From: Escherichia phage SECphi4
Sequence record: MT331608
Strand: one strand, 5' to 3'
DNA: 44,569 nucleotides
Shown: positions 44,433 through 44,569 of the stretch, piece by piece
Position numbering within the stretch: position 1 is the first letter of the stretch
Layout of the letters: each line of letters starts with the position of its first letter
The notes under the pieces: generated by a model
What the model saw: only the letters and a program-made list of their open reading frames with translations
Told to the model about the DNA's origin: nothing
Database searches by the model: none
Program-made: the position numbers and the translations under genes

Positions 44433-44569
44433 TTATTTAAGTGCGCCAGTCACCAGTGTTTTTTCCATGTTACGGAAATCTTCCTGCGTCATGAGGATTT
44501 TAGACCCGTCCTCGCCAGTGAGCACGACCATAGGCTGGACGTCCTGATCTGCGATGCCAAAATTAGCGG
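44433..44569 (-). CDS. 3' part of the junction-spanning ORF (about 169 aa in total); unknown function
   Basis: Frame continuous with 1..438 through the duplicated 65 bp; stop TAA at 44433..44435. Confidence 0.6.
   Translation of the reverse strand, partial: ANFGIADQDVQPMVVLTGEDGSKILMTQEDFRNMEKTLVTGALK
44505..44569. repeat. Second copy of the 65-bp terminal duplication
   Basis: Exact match to 1..65. Confidence 0.95.

Noticed and set aside
1-44569. Search for tRNA genes, integrase, CI-like repressor or attachment site
   Set aside because: No cloverleaf-compatible segments with conserved T-loop GTTC context were noticed by eye, and no tyrosine or serine recombinase motifs were seen in any ORF; absence is provisional because no tRNA scan or profile search could be run

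Overview
The window reads as a complete, circularly permuted genome of a tailed dsDNA bacteriophage with a siphovirus-type morphogenesis module. Positions 44505..44569 repeat 1..65 exactly and one minus-strand ORF reads in frame across that junction, so the unique length is about 44.5 kb. Coding is split into two arms. The minus-strand arm (43815 back through the junction to 11798) carries DNA-metabolism and probable host-takeover genes: family-A DNA polymerase, DUF2815-type SSB, DUF2800-type nuclease, SNF2-like helicase with VRR-NUC nuclease, Dam-like N6-adenine and C5-cytosine-like methyltransferases, and many small ORFs. The plus-strand arm (12199..43784) carries an HTH protein, primase-helicase, a cluster of small ORFs, holin and endolysin, an HTH-fused metallophosphoesterase, TerS/TerL, portal, head genes, Rz/Rz1-type spanins, and tail genes with a lambda-like M-L-K-I-J tip module and a side fibre. 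I recognised no integrase, repressor, tRNA, rRNA or CRISPR array, so the phage looks virulent. The most unusual signals are: a roughly 180-bp element duplicated at two sites and built from GCGGGACA iterons plus a conserved imperfect palindrome; a dispersed ATTGGTTGCA motif embedded in sigma70-like promoters; an opposite-strand gene with its own promoter inside the head module; two early proteins with mixed-charge tandem repeats; and a lipoprotein gene beside the fibre gene. All calls are from reading the sequence and motif recognition only; no database search was run, and coordinates of non-coding features are approximate to within a few bases.
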